Of a DNA stretch of 15,621 bases, positions 7,060 through 15,621 are shown piece after piece (position 1 is the stretch's first letter; each line of letters opens with the position of its first letter). The stretch is from Candidatus Sysuimicrobiota bacterium (GTDB taxonomy: Bacteria > Sysuimicrobiota > Sysuimicrobiia > Sysuimicrobiales > Sysuimicrobiaceae). Under the pieces are notes generated by a model. It did not search any database. It saw only the letters and a list, made by a program, of their open reading frames with translations, and was not told where the DNA came from. Where the stretch lies: the NCBI GenBank assembly GCA_040289515.1, contig PSLI01000043.1, positions 1 to 15,621 on the forward strand, read 5' to 3'. The position numbers and the translations under genes are program-made.

Positions 7060-7500
7060 ATGCGAGCTGTGGGTGTCGCTGTTCTGGTGGTGAGCCTGGC
7101 GGTGGCGGCGTACGCCGACTACGATTACGGCCAGCAGCCCGCGGGCGGAACGGAACCCGCCTGGAAGGTGCAGGCAAGGACCGCGGCCCAGCACGCCAAT
7201 TTCGCCGCAGGCGCGGACTCCATGAGCTCCGCGGAGCAGCACTTGGGACACGCCCTGAACTGCATTGAGGGGCCACGCGGTCCCAACTTCAACCGCGCCT
7301 GGGGGAACCCCTGCGAGGGGCAGGGCAACGGTCTGCTGCCGGACCTGCGCGCGAGCCGTACGGGTTCCAGCTGGATCCTGGTGGCCGAGGCAGCCGGGGA
7401 GCTGGCAGTGAAGGGCGTCCGCAGCCGGGACCTGGCTCAGCGCAGGAACGCCGCTCGGGGTGTGGCCCAGCTTCTGCAGCTGGTGGCGGAAGGCCGGTAG
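7060..7500 (+). CDS. Small secreted protein of unknown function (His/Cys motif)
   Basis: ATG 7060 with SD GGGAGGT. Signal peptide MRAVGVAVLVVSLAVAAYA. Motif HLGHALNCIEG...GNPCEGQGNG. Confidence 0.8.
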   Translation: MRAVGVAVLVVSLAVAAYADYDYGQQPAGGTEPAWKVQARTAAQHANFAAGADSMSSAEQHLGHALNCIEGPRGPNFNRAWGNPCEGQGNGLLPDLRASRTGSSWILVAEAAGELAVKGVRSRDLAQRRNAARGVAQLLQLVAEGR

Positions 7501-7503
7501 CGC

Positions 7504-8200
7504 CTAAGGGGCTACCGGCAGGTGTGGGGGCAGCACCGTGGACTGAACCTCACAGGGGTCCTGCGCCAGGTCTACCTCCACAGGGTCTGTGGGCGAACCC
7601 CCCGGCCCGCTCACCAGGTGAACCACGGGCAGCTGGCCGCCCCGGCGGCTGCGCACCACCACCCCGGAGTAGCCCCGCCACCGCCCGGACAGGATACGCA
7701 CGGGGATCCCCACGGGGAAGGTGGGAACCACCGACAGAAACAGCTCCACGATTCCCCGGTTCGCGTGCGGGCCCGCCATTTCCCCCAGCACCTGCACAGC
7801 GTGTTCCGGCGCCAGGGCCGGCCGCTACGGACGATCGGACCGCAGGGCGGAGTAGAGGTCCGCCACCTGCACGATCTCCGCGGCGAGGGTAATGCGGTCT
7901 CCCCGGAGGAGCTCCCCGGGGTCCCGGCGGATGCGGTTGGTGCCCCGCAGCCCCCGGGGGTAGCCCGTGCCGTCCTGCCGTTCGTGGTGCTACCAGGCGA
8001 TGTGCTTGGGCAGGACCTCCGCCAGATCCAGCTCGTGGGTAACGGGCTGGACAGCACCTCGTCCACGATGCTCTCGGCTACCCGCGACAGGCGGCGCACG
8101 GAAGCCTGCAGCACCACGGGACTGGCCCCGGATGCCGCGGCGGCGTACAAATCGCGCACCTGACAGATGGCGGTAGCCCGCAGCTGGTCACACGACGGTC
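7504..8200 (-). pseudogene. Decayed HD-GYP (c-di-GMP phosphodiesterase-type) gene
   Basis: Reads [19 protein letters not shown]...[22 protein letters not shown]...FLSVVPTFPVGIPVRI, with in-frame TAGs at 7990-7992 and 7825-7827. Frame change and apparent deletion near 8040, with no HD motif. 5' boundary approximate. Confidence 0.85.
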
Positions 8201-8209
8201 GCCGGAGGG

Positions 8210-9778
8210 TTACCGGGAGAGGGCACCCCACAGCGTATCGTTGAGGTACACCAGGTCGAACAGCATCACCCCCGCGGCACGAGATCGAGCCATCCGGAGC
8301 GCGTGCCGCAGACGCTGGGGGGTTTCCCCGACGTAGGGCAGGTACAGGGAGGCCACCACGGGCACGTGCTCCGCCACAAGGGACCGGGCCAGCAGGGCGC
8401 CGCCCTCCACGCTGTAGGTGGGGTCCACACCCGCGCGCAGGGCCTCCCACACGGTGATGGGTCGGTAGTACAGCCCCACCATGAGGAAGTCCAACAGGGG
8501 CGCGTACCCCGCGCGAGCCCACCCGGTTCCCATCCACGGGTACCGCACGTCCGCCTCGGGGTCTGCCCAGTTGGCACCCTCCTCGTAGTACACCGGGTAC
8601 CACCCACCCACGTAGGCACCCACGGCGACCTGCGGCCGAAGCGCCCGCACCAGGCGCGAGGCGGAGAGGACGAAGCTGAACAAGGTGCGGGCCCGGAAGG
8701 CCAACCACTCCCTGTACAGGGGGCCCGGCTGGCGCGCTACCCACAAGCCCTGCGGGACGTACCGGTAAACGTCCTCCGGCCAGCGCGCCACCGGCCTGCC
8801 CAGGAACTCCTCGAAGGCCCGCCGGCTGAGGTCCGAGAAGTCCTGCGTGAGGTTCTCGTACCGCGTGCGGTCCAGGACCACCCCGTCCAGCGGGTAGCGG
8901 GTCAGCAGCTCGTACAAAATCGCCAGCTGGTACTGGCGCACCTCCGGGTGCGCGGGGTTCACGAAGGCAAACGTGCTGCGCCGCCACCCCGCCTTCCTCC
9001 GCACCCGGACCGGGCCCAGCTCCACAGGATCCCCCGCGCGCAACGCCTTGCGCAGCCACCCTGCAGCCTCCCCGTGACCCGCCAGAACGTAGCCGTCCTC
9101 CGGGATGTCCGCGGGGCCCGGGTCCGGTTGCACGCTCCGGCGGTCCCGCACCTCCACCACCTGGCCCCTCCGGACCACCACCTCCACTCCGTACGGGTTG
9201 GTGGGCACCGTGTGGCCCACGGACCGGGTGTACAGGACTAGCTGGTTGGGCCCGCGCGGGGTGTTGGCTCCGTCCAGCTCCCAGCTGGACCCGTCCGGAG
9301 CTCGCACCGGCCGGGTGGCCACGTACGCCACCGCCACCCACTCCGGCCGGTCGAAAGCAGGCCCCGCCCGGTACGCCGACAGCCCCTCCGAGAAGGTGTT
9401 CACCGCCGCGTACAGCCGCAGACCCCGAGCGTGGGCTTCCGCCAGCAACGTCCCCAACAGGTCGTAGCCCCTGGGTAGCCACGTGGCCGGAGCAGGGTAG
9501 CCGGGCGCGGAGGTGCGGGGGACCGGAGACTCGTTGAGGGTCGGCGCAAATTCGCTGGGGTACGTGACGTAGCCCCACGCGTTCTTCGCTTCGAACACCA
9601 CGGTATCCACCCCCGCGGCCTTCGCCCGCTCCAGGACCCCGCGGACACCCTCTGGGCTGCTCAGCACCGGGAGGTTGGCCCCGGGTTCGATCCAGAGCGC
9701 AAGGCGCGGTGGACTCACCCTAGCGTGTGCCGGAACCGTCAGGGCCGCCACGACCCACAACACCAGCGCGGTACACAC
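8210..9778 (-). CDS. Secreted glycoside hydrolase-like family 10 (GHL10/DUF187, YddW/DigH-like) protein
   Basis: Signal-like N-terminus, AKAAGVDTVVFEAKNAWG..TYPS, YDLLGTLLAEAHARGLRLYA, FVNPAHPEVRQY and YPLDGVVLDRTRY. Probable GTG start at 9778 after GAGGT. Confidence 0.85.
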   Translation of the reverse strand: MCTALVLWVVAALTVPAHARVSPPRLALWIEPGANLPVLSSPEGVRGVLERAKAAGVDTVVFEAKNAWGYVTYPSEFAPTLNESPVPRTSAPGYPAPATWLPRGYDLLGTLLAEAHARGLRLYAAVNTFSEGLSAYRAGPAFDRPEWVAVAYVATRPVRAPDGSSWELDGANTPRGPNQLVLYTRSVGHTVPTNPYGVEVVVRRGQVVEVRDRRSVQPDPGPADIPEDGYVLAGHGEAAGWLRKALRAGDPVELGPVRVRRKAGWRRSTFAFVNPAHPEVRQYQLAILYELLTRYPLDGVVLDRTRYENLTQDFSDLSRRAFEEFLGRPVARWPEDVYRYVPQGLWVARQPGPLYREWLAFRARTLFSFVLSASRLVRALRPQVAVGAYVGGWYPVYYEEGANWADPEADVRYPWMGTGWARAGYAPLLDFLMVGLYYRPITVWEALRAGVDPTYSVEGGALLARSLVAEHVPVVASLYLPYVGETPQRLRHALRMARSRAAGVMLFDLVYLNDTLWGALSR

Positions 9779-9836
9779 CTGCGCACCTCTGGTCCCATTT
9801 AACGGCAGCACAGGGCGGTGCCGGAGCTGAGCACGG

Positions 9837-10294
9837 TCAGCTACAGGCGGCCGGCTTTCGGCATGCTTCCTCCAGCAGGGGCAGCGCCACCTCCACCACC
9901 TGGGGGTTGAACTGGCGGCCGGCCTGATCCCGGAGGTACGCCAGGGCCTGCTCGTGCTTCCACGCCCGCCGGTCCGGCCGGTCGCTGGTGAGGGCGTCGT
10001 ACACGTCCACCACCGCGAAGATGCGGGCCTCAACGGGGATCTGCTGACCCCGCAGCCCCTCCGGGTACCCGCTCCCGTCCCACCGCTCGTGGTGGTGCGC
10101 GCTCTAGGGCTTCCGCGTGCGCCCGCTCGTTCCGTCGGACACCTCCAGAACCCCCACGCGGTGCCGGACAGCGGTGCCGCGCGATCCGAGGCGAAGATCC
10201 ACAGAGCTGCCACTAGCCCATAGGCCACCGCCACGCGGCCAGCCTCGCGCGCGGCCACGGAACGGTCCCGTATGTGGGTGCCGGGGGTCAACAC
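9837..10294 (-). pseudogene. Second HD-GYP remnant: N-terminal TM segment joined out of frame to the C-terminal half of the HD-GYP domain
   Basis: 9837-10103 reads AHHHERWDGSGYPEGLRGQQIPVEARIFAVVDVYDALTSDRPDRRAW...AGRQFNPQVVE, preceded by TAG at 10104-10106. Another frame upstream gives RVAVAYGLVAALWIFASD, typical of membrane signalling-protein N-termini. Confidence 0.82.
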
Positions 10295-10338
10295 ACCACC
10301 CCCGTCGGGCCCGGGGCAAAATTTGTACCAGCCCTTGC

Positions 10339-11133
10339 CTACCCGTTCAAACGACCCTGGGCGGCAGCGGGCCCGACCAGGCGTCGCAGGGTCAGGGCGT
10401 CGCGCACCGCGCAGCCGCCCACGTCGTTGTTGAAGAACACGAACCCATCCCGGCCCGCACCCACCTGTAGCCGGATCCACCGCGCGTCCGCGCGCAGGCT
10501 GGAGGCTGGGTAGCTTCCCGCGTACGCACCGCCGGGGCCGTGTCGCCGCAGGTACCACCACCCCGCGGTCTGGGGGACCCGAACCGGGGATCGATCCAGC
10601 TTGCGGGCTCGCATGCCGGGCGGCAGGACCTGCACCGGCCAGTCCGCGCACACCACGGCCGCGTCGCAACCCGCCAGCAGCTCGTATACCGCGTCGCAGA
10701 ACCAGCTCGGGTCGCGGAACTCAAAGGCGTGCCGCACGGCCCGGGGCAGAGTGTGCAGGAACTCCCGCAGGCGCAAGGGGTCCGCCTGGAAGCGGGGCGG
10801 CAGCTGCCACAGCAGGCAGCGCAGGCGGTCGCCCAAGGGGCGGCAAGCGTCCAGCACCACCCGCACGGGCTCCCGCGGGTCCCTTAGCCGCCGCACGTGA
10901 GTCACGTAGCGGCTCCCCTTCACCACGAACGCAAACTCCCGCGGTGCCCGGCGGCCCCACGCCTCGAAGGTACGGGAGGTGGGGAGCCGGTAAAAGGTCA
11001 CGTTGAGCTCCACGGCGTCGAACACCGAGGCGTAGTGCTCGAACCACCTGCGGGGCGCCAGACCCTCCGGGTACAACACCCCCACCCAGTGCGGATACGC
11101 ATAGCCGGACGTGCCCACCCACGCCCGCGCCAC
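10339..11133 (-). CDS. DUF72 (YecE/YunF-like) protein
   Basis: VGTSGYAYPHW.G.LYP, VELNVTFYRLP, LWQLPPRF, AFEFRDPSW, YLRRHG and FVFFNND motifs. Confidence 0.92.
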   Translation of the reverse strand: MARAWVGTSGYAYPHWVGVLYPEGLAPRRWFEHYASVFDAVELNVTFYRLPTSRTFEAWGRRAPREFAFVVKGSRYVTHVRRLRDPREPVRVVLDACRPLGDRLRCLLWQLPPRFQADPLRLREFLHTLPRAVRHAFEFRDPSWFCDAVYELLAGCDAAVVCADWPVQVLPPGMRARKLDRSPVRVPQTAGWWYLRRHGPGGAYAGSYPASSLRADARWIRLQVGAGRDGFVFFNNDVGGCAVRDALTLRRLVGPAAAQGRLNG

Positions 11134-11147
11134 GGCCCACCCCGCGG

Positions 11148-12356
11148 CTAGCCCATGCGGACCCGTGCGAACCGCCGCTTGCCCACCCGCAGAAGCAAGC
11201 CTGTGTGCACCCGCACCCGCTCCTCGGGGTCCGAGATGCGGCGGCCGTCCACACTCACCCCACCCTGGGCGATGAGCCTGCGGGCCTCACTGTTGGACGG
11301 CACCAGGCCCGCCAGACGCAGCAGGCGCACGATCCCTACGCCGCCATCCGGCTCAACCTGCTCGGGTGGCACCACCACCTCGGGGACCTCCGAGGGTGCT
11401 TCCTCCCGTGCAAACACCCGGTCGAACTCCTCCTCTGCCTCCTGTGCCGCCTGCGCCCCATGCCACACGGCCACGATCTCCCGGGCTAGGCGGCGTTTGG
11501 CGTCCCGGGGGTGCCACGCGCCCAGAATCTCCCGCACCTCCTCCAGGGGCACATCCGTGCACAGCTCGAAATACGTGGCCATCAGGGGGTCCGGGATGGA
11601 CATCACCTTGCCGTACATCTCCGCGGGCGAATCGTTGATGCCGATGTGGTTGCCCAGGGACTTGCTCATCTTCTCCACGCCGTCCAGGCCCGGCAGCAGG
11701 GGAGTTAGGAGGACCACCTGGGGCTCCTGGCCGAACTCCCGCTGCAGGTCCCGCCCCATGAGGTTGTTGAACTTCTGGTCCGTGCCGCCCAGCTCCACGT
11801 CCGCCTCCAGGGCCACGGAGTCGTAGGCCTGGCACAGGGGGTACAGCAGCTCGTGCAGCCCGATGGGGTTGCCCTGACGCCACCGGGCGGCGAAGTCGTC
11901 CCGTTCCAGGATGCGGGCCACAGTGGTCTTGCTGCACAGGCGCACCACGTCCGAAAAGTTCAACGCGGCCAGCCACTGACTGTTGAACACCACCCGCGTG
12001 CGGTCGGGGTCCAGGATGCGGCCGTACTGGGCCCGGTAGGTAGCCGCGTTGCGCTCCACCTCCTCCCGGGTCAGCATGGGCCGGGTCTGCTTGCGGCCCG
12101 TGGGGTCGCCGATGAGGGCAGTGAAGTCCCCGATCACCAGGATGGCCTCGTGGCCCAGGTCCTGGAACTGGCGTAGCTTCCGGAGGACCACCGCAAACCC
12201 GATGTGGATGTCCGGAGCCGTGGGGTCCAGCCCCAGCTTCACCCGCAGCGGACGCCCCTGCTGGAGCTTAACGAGCAGCTCCTGTTCGGTGATGATCTCC
12301 GCGGCACCGCGGCGCAGTAGCTCCAGCTGTCGCCTCGGCTCGGGGAAAGTCCGCAC
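11148..12356 (-). CDS. tyrS: Tyrosine--tRNA ligase
   Basis: KLGLDPTAPDIHIGF (HIGH-like), YPLCQAYDSV, ELGGTDQKFN, KMSKS and a C-terminal S4 domain. GTG start at 12356 after AAGGAGG; alternative ATG at 12389. Confidence 0.96.
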   Translation of the reverse strand: MRTFPEPRRQLELLRRGAAEIITEQELLVKLQQGRPLRVKLGLDPTAPDIHIGFAVVLRKLRQFQDLGHEAILVIGDFTALIGDPTGRKQTRPMLTREEVERNAATYRAQYGRILDPDRTRVVFNSQWLAALNFSDVVRLCSKTTVARILERDDFAARWRQGNPIGLHELLYPLCQAYDSVALEADVELGGTDQKFNNLMGRDLQREFGQEPQVVLLTPLLPGLDGVEKMSKSLGNHIGINDSPAEMYGKVMSIPDPLMATYFELCTDVPLEEVREILGAWHPRDAKRRLAREIVAVWHGAQAAQEAEEEFDRVFAREEAPSEVPEVVVPPEQVEPDGGVGIVRLLRLAGLVPSNSEARRLIAQGGVSVDGRRISDPEERVRVHTGLLLRVGKRRFARVRMG

Positions 12357-12426
12357 CAAATCCTCCTTCTGCAGCGTCGCTCCCAGCATAGCTACGCGGC
12401 CCCGCAGCCGGCAACACATCCGGGGC

Positions 12427-13100
12427 TTACCGCTCCCACCGCGGCGGCCGAGCCGTCGGGGTCGCAGTCGGCGTGGGAGCCGGTGCCAGGGGGCCGGTGA
12501 GCAGGCGGAAGGCGTCCAGGGTGTCAGACCACGGCCGGTCAATGGCCGGCCGCAGCTGCTCCAGGTTCTGGAACAGCTGCTGGCGTTCCTGTTCGCTGCG
12601 GTAGATGACCTGGTTGGCACCCTACAGAATGTCGAAGGCGCGGTAGTTGAGGGCCGCAAAAAGCAGGAAGGCCCGGAACCTCTCCTCCCGGGAGGGTACA
12701 GAGGGGCCGCCCGCCGTTGATGTACACCGCGAACTCGCTCACCACGGTGACGGAGGCCGCCTTGACGAACCGCGCCCCGCGGCTGCGGATCCGGCCCGCG
12801 TACTGGGACTCGTCCACCCTGTGCAGCACCTGCGTGTACGGAGCGAACTCCGAGATGGTGAACTCGGGCATGGGGACGTCCAGGATGGTGTAGGAGTCGG
12901 TCGTCTCGGACGGGTAGCCCGCCTGATACATGACCGGGTCACCCACCAGGTGGTTGGGATCCAGGCTCTTGATCTGGTTCCTTGTCGCGGTCCAGCTGGT
13001 GTAGCTGCTCGAGAGCTCGTGGAACTCTCCGTGCACGTTCCACCACAGCAGGGCTGGGTCCCGAGAATACCGCACGATGCGGTCGGGGCGGGCTTTGTCC
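12427..13100 (-). pseudogene. Fragment of a clan GH-A-like glycoside hydrolase with a Pro/Thr tail
   Basis: IVRYSRDPALLWWNVHGEF resembles the acid/base strand RYxxHPxxxxWxxxNE, and VVSEFA resembles the nucleophile strand. After a frame change near 12700 it reads ERFRAFLLFAALNYRAFDIL*GANQ...PAPTPTATPTARPPRWER* (TAG 12622-12624, TAA 12427-12429). N-terminus absent. Confidence 0.55.
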
Positions 13101-13103
13101 AGG

Positions 13104-14204
13104 TCAGGGGAACCGGAACAGGAGGTGCAGCTTCGCAGGTTCCACGGGCACGCCCAGGCCGCTACCGCCCGGCAGCAGTCCGAATCCTTCCTCGCTGCGG
13201 GGATACCCCTCCGAAAGGTGCTCCAGGTTCCACTCGTTCATGAAGGAGGCCGCCAGCAGGTGCTGGGGTGGAGTGCTGGCGGCCAGGTGAGCCGTAGCCG
13301 CGGTCACCAGGTCACCACCCCAGGTGTCCTCCACCACCAGCTGCAGGCCCAGGGCCACTGCCAGATCCCGCAGCATCCGCGCTCGCGACAAACCGCCCAC
13401 CCGGCTGACCTTCAGGTTCACCGCGGCAGCACCGCCCTCCCGGAATGCCCGCACCAGGGTGTGGACGTCCACCACCACCTCGTCGAACACCAGGGGAAGC
13501 GTGGTACACCGGCGCACGGATGCGCACTCCTCCAGGGTGGGGCATGGCTGCTCCAGCAGCACCTGCGGGTGGCGCTCCAGAAGCCGCGCCGCGACCACCG
13601 CCTGGGGGACCGTATAGCCGCCGTTGGCGTCCGCCAGGACCCAACCGGTGCCGAGCCTTCCTACCACCGCACCCACACGCTCCGCGTCCGCGAAGGGGTC
13701 GGAGCCTAGCTTCAGCTGGAAGATCCGCACGCCCCGGGCCCGCTCGCGCTGTGCGAACTCCGCCATGGCGGCAGGTTCGTCCATGGGCACCGCCACGTAC
13801 AGGGGCACGCGCCGCCCGTACACCCCGCCCAGCAGCGCGCCCACGGGGAGTCCGGCCGCCTTCCCCAGCAGGTCCCAGCAGGCCACGTCCACCGGGCTCT
13901 TGGCGTATCCGTGGCCCGCCAGGGCGGAATCCATGCGGGCATGCACCTCCGCCAGGTTCGTGGGATCGGCCCCCACCAGGGCGGGAGCCAGTTCTCGTAG
14001 GGCGGCCCGGGCGCCGTCCGTGAAGGCGGGAAGGTACGTGGCACCCAGTGGGCACACCTCCCCCCACCCGTCCAACCCATCGTCCGTGAAAAGGCGCACC
14101 ACGGTGCTGCTGAGGCGTTCCACGGCCCGGCCCCGGGACATCACGTACCGACCGTGGGCATAGGTGAGCTCGTACCCGTACACCTCCACCCCGCGGACCC
14201 GCAC
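13104..14204 (-). CDS. Enolase-superfamily (MR/MLE) enzyme, cis-3-hydroxyproline dehydratase / hydroxyproline-betaine epimerase-like
   Basis: GWGEVCPLGATYLPAF, FQLKLG, metal ligands in DANGG, EQP and DE, plus NLKVSRVGG and EDTWGGD. Confidence 0.85.
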   Translation of the reverse strand: MRVRGVEVYGYELTYAHGRYVMSRGRAVERLSSTVVRLFTDDGLDGWGEVCPLGATYLPAFTDGARAALRELAPALVGADPTNLAEVHARMDSALAGHGYAKSPVDVACWDLLGKAAGLPVGALLGGVYGRRVPLYVAVPMDEPAAMAEFAQRERARGVRIFQLKLGSDPFADAERVGAVVGRLGTGWVLADANGGYTVPQAVVAARLLERHPQVLLEQPCPTLEECASVRRCTTLPLVFDEVVVDVHTLVRAFREGGAAAVNLKVSRVGGLSRARMLRDLAVALGLQLVVEDTWGGDLVTAATAHLAASTPPQHLLAASFMNEWNLEHLSEGYPRSEEGFGLLPGGSGLGVPVEPAKLHLLFRFP

Positions 14205-14218
14205 GAGCCCCTCCGCTA

Positions 14219-15088
14219 TCAGCCAGGGTGGGCCACCACGGCGTTGCGCAGCACCCCGATCCCCTGCACCTCCGCCTCCACCACGTCCCCGGGCCGTAGG
14301 GGCCCGACACCGGCGGGGGTTCCCGTGGCGATCACGTCGCCGGGTTCCAAGGACATGTAGCGGCTCACGTATTCGATGATGCGCGGCACCGACAGGATCA
14401 TCTCCGCGGTGGACGCGTCCTGCCGGACCTGGCCGTTCACCCGCAGGGTGATCCGCAGCCGGTCGGGCTCCGGCAGGGACCGAGGGGTAACTACCACGGG
14501 CCCCATGGGGCAGAAGGTGGCAAAGCTCTTGGCGCGGTCGAACGGCCGCCGCCGCTGGATGTCCTCGCGCTGAAGGTCCCGGGCGGTTACGTCGTTCAAG
14601 ATCGTGTAGCCCCCAACCAGCTCCAGGGCGTGTTCCGCGGGCACCCGCACCCCGCGGCGCGCCATCACCACCGCCAGCTCCACCTCGTGGTGCACCTCCT
14701 GGCTCTCCGGGGGAATCACGATGGCCTCCCCAGGCCCCACGATGGAGCTGGGTGGCTTGAAGAAGATAACTGGGTCCTCGCTCGCCTCGTTGCCCAGCTC
14801 CCGGGCGTGCTCCACGTAGTTGCGGCCCAGCGCTACGATCTTCTGCGGGTTGGGAAGGGGCGCCAGCAGGGTGAGCTCCGACAGGGGGCGGACCTGTGTC
14901 CCCAGATCCACGCTGTCAGGGACGTCCTGGGCCTCCAGCCGAGCTACCAGTTCCTCCATGCGCTGCGCCACCTCCCGGCGCGCCAGCAGCTGCGGGATGC
15001 TCCGCACGCCGTCCAGCAGCACCGCGTGGCGGTCGAGTACCACCGCCACCGCCTCCCGCTCCTGCACCCGTACCCTCGCCAGCCGCAT
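14219..15088 (-). CDS. Fumarylacetoacetate hydrolase family protein
   Basis: KIVALGRNYVEHAREL, FFKPPSS, HHEVEL, NDVTARDLQ, AKSFATFCPMGP and GDVIATGTPAGVG motifs. SD AGGAG. Confidence 0.93.
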   Translation of the reverse strand: MRLARVRVQEREAVAVVLDRHAVLLDGVRSIPQLLARREVAQRMEELVARLEAQDVPDSVDLGTQVRPLSELTLLAPLPNPQKIVALGRNYVEHARELGNEASEDPVIFFKPPSSIVGPGEAIVIPPESQEVHHEVELAVVMARRGVRVPAEHALELVGGYTILNDVTARDLQREDIQRRRPFDRAKSFATFCPMGPVVVTPRSLPEPDRLRITLRVNGQVRQDASTAEMILSVPRIIEYVSRYMSLEPGDVIATGTPAGVGPLRPGDVVEAEVQGIGVLRNAVVAHPG

Positions 15089-15097
15089 CCTCTCCTC

Positions 15098-15621
15098 CTA
15101 CTCGGTGAACTCCACCACCGTGGCACCGTCCCCACCCTCCTCCGGGGGAGCGAGGGAAAACCGTATACCGGGGTAGCCGCGCAACGCCTCGTGGACCGCG
15201 CGCCGCAGGGCTCCGGTCCCAATGCCGTGGATCACCACCACCCGCAGCAGCCCGGCCAGCAGGGCGTCGTCCAGGTACTTCTCGAGTCTCGCCACCGCCT
15301 CATCGGACGTGAGGCCGCGCAGGTCGAGCTTGCTTTGCACGCGCGGCGCTTCCGGCCACGGCCGGCGCACCGTGTGGCTCCGCCCACCACCTGCGGGGGC
15401 TCGCAACTCCTGTCGCGGGACCCGCACCTTCGCAGACCCCATCTGCACCTCTGCGTGGTCGGCCCACAGCCCCACCAAAACTCCGTCCGCACCCAGGGAC
15501 GCCACCCGCACGGGCTGTCCCACCTCCAGCCGGTCCAGGGGAGGGCTCGCCGCCTGCCCGCGCGCTGCCTCCAGGCACCGTGCCAGCTCCGCCAGCTTGC
15601 GCCGCGCCTCGGCCGCGGCCC
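15098..15621 (-). CDS. mutS2: MutS2 C-terminal part (coiled coil, KOW-like domain, Smr domain); 5' end outside window
   Basis: LEVGQPVRV..LG..G...AEVQMGSAKVRV, then LDLRGLTSDEA...LEKYLDDALLAG...IHGIGTGALR...GGDGATVVEF. The frame stays open to the window edge. Confidence 0.9.
   Translation of the reverse strand, partial: AAAEARRKLAELARCLEAARGQAASPPLDRLEVGQPVRVASLGADGVLVGLWADHAEVQMGSAKVRVPRQELRAPAGGGRSHTVRRPWPEAPRVQSKLDLRGLTSDEAVARLEKYLDDALLAGLLRVVVIHGIGTGALRRAVHEALRGYPGIRFSLAPPEEGGDGATVVEFTE

Noticed and set aside
12357..12430. T-box leader for tyrS
   Set aside because: Only about 70 nt are available, with no T-box motif or terminator.
7825..12624. TAG recoding (amber readthrough) explaining the in-frame stops
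   Set aside because: The TAGs stand for different expected residues (Gln, Tyr, probably Trp) and co-occur with frameshifts and deletions. TAG also terminates normal genes such as tyrS and mutS2.
615..12659. Long track ORFs (725, 910, 690, 451, 655, 819, 503 aa) as fusion proteins, and the many antisense ORFs
   Set aside because: These are high-GC stop-poor frames. The extensions are Gly/Arg/Pro-rich shadows of neighbouring genes, and the true starts are internal, mostly with SD motifs.

Overview
GC-rich (~70%) bacterial chromosomal window. It holds mostly housekeeping and metabolic genes on the minus strand: mutS2 (3' part), an FAH-family hydrolase, an enolase-superfamily hydroxyproline-type enzyme, tyrS, DUF72, a GHL10 glycoside hydrolase and a purD-purA-purB-purC operon. 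Three plus-strand genes encode a UbiE/MenG-like methyltransferase, a UbiA-like membrane protein and a small secreted protein. Three decayed remnants are present (two HD-GYP, one clan GH-A-like hydrolase). The standout is at 1-621, the right half of an IS200/IS605-type tnpB element. tnpB stops just after RuvC-I, and the rest of its nuclease lobe is replaced by a ~50% GC single-motif (I-CreI-like) LAGLIDADG endonuclease gene. The tnpB 3' tail and the right-end/omegaRNA hairpin are retained, and the element end supplies the purC stop codon. All calls come from motif recognition by eye; no database searches were run.
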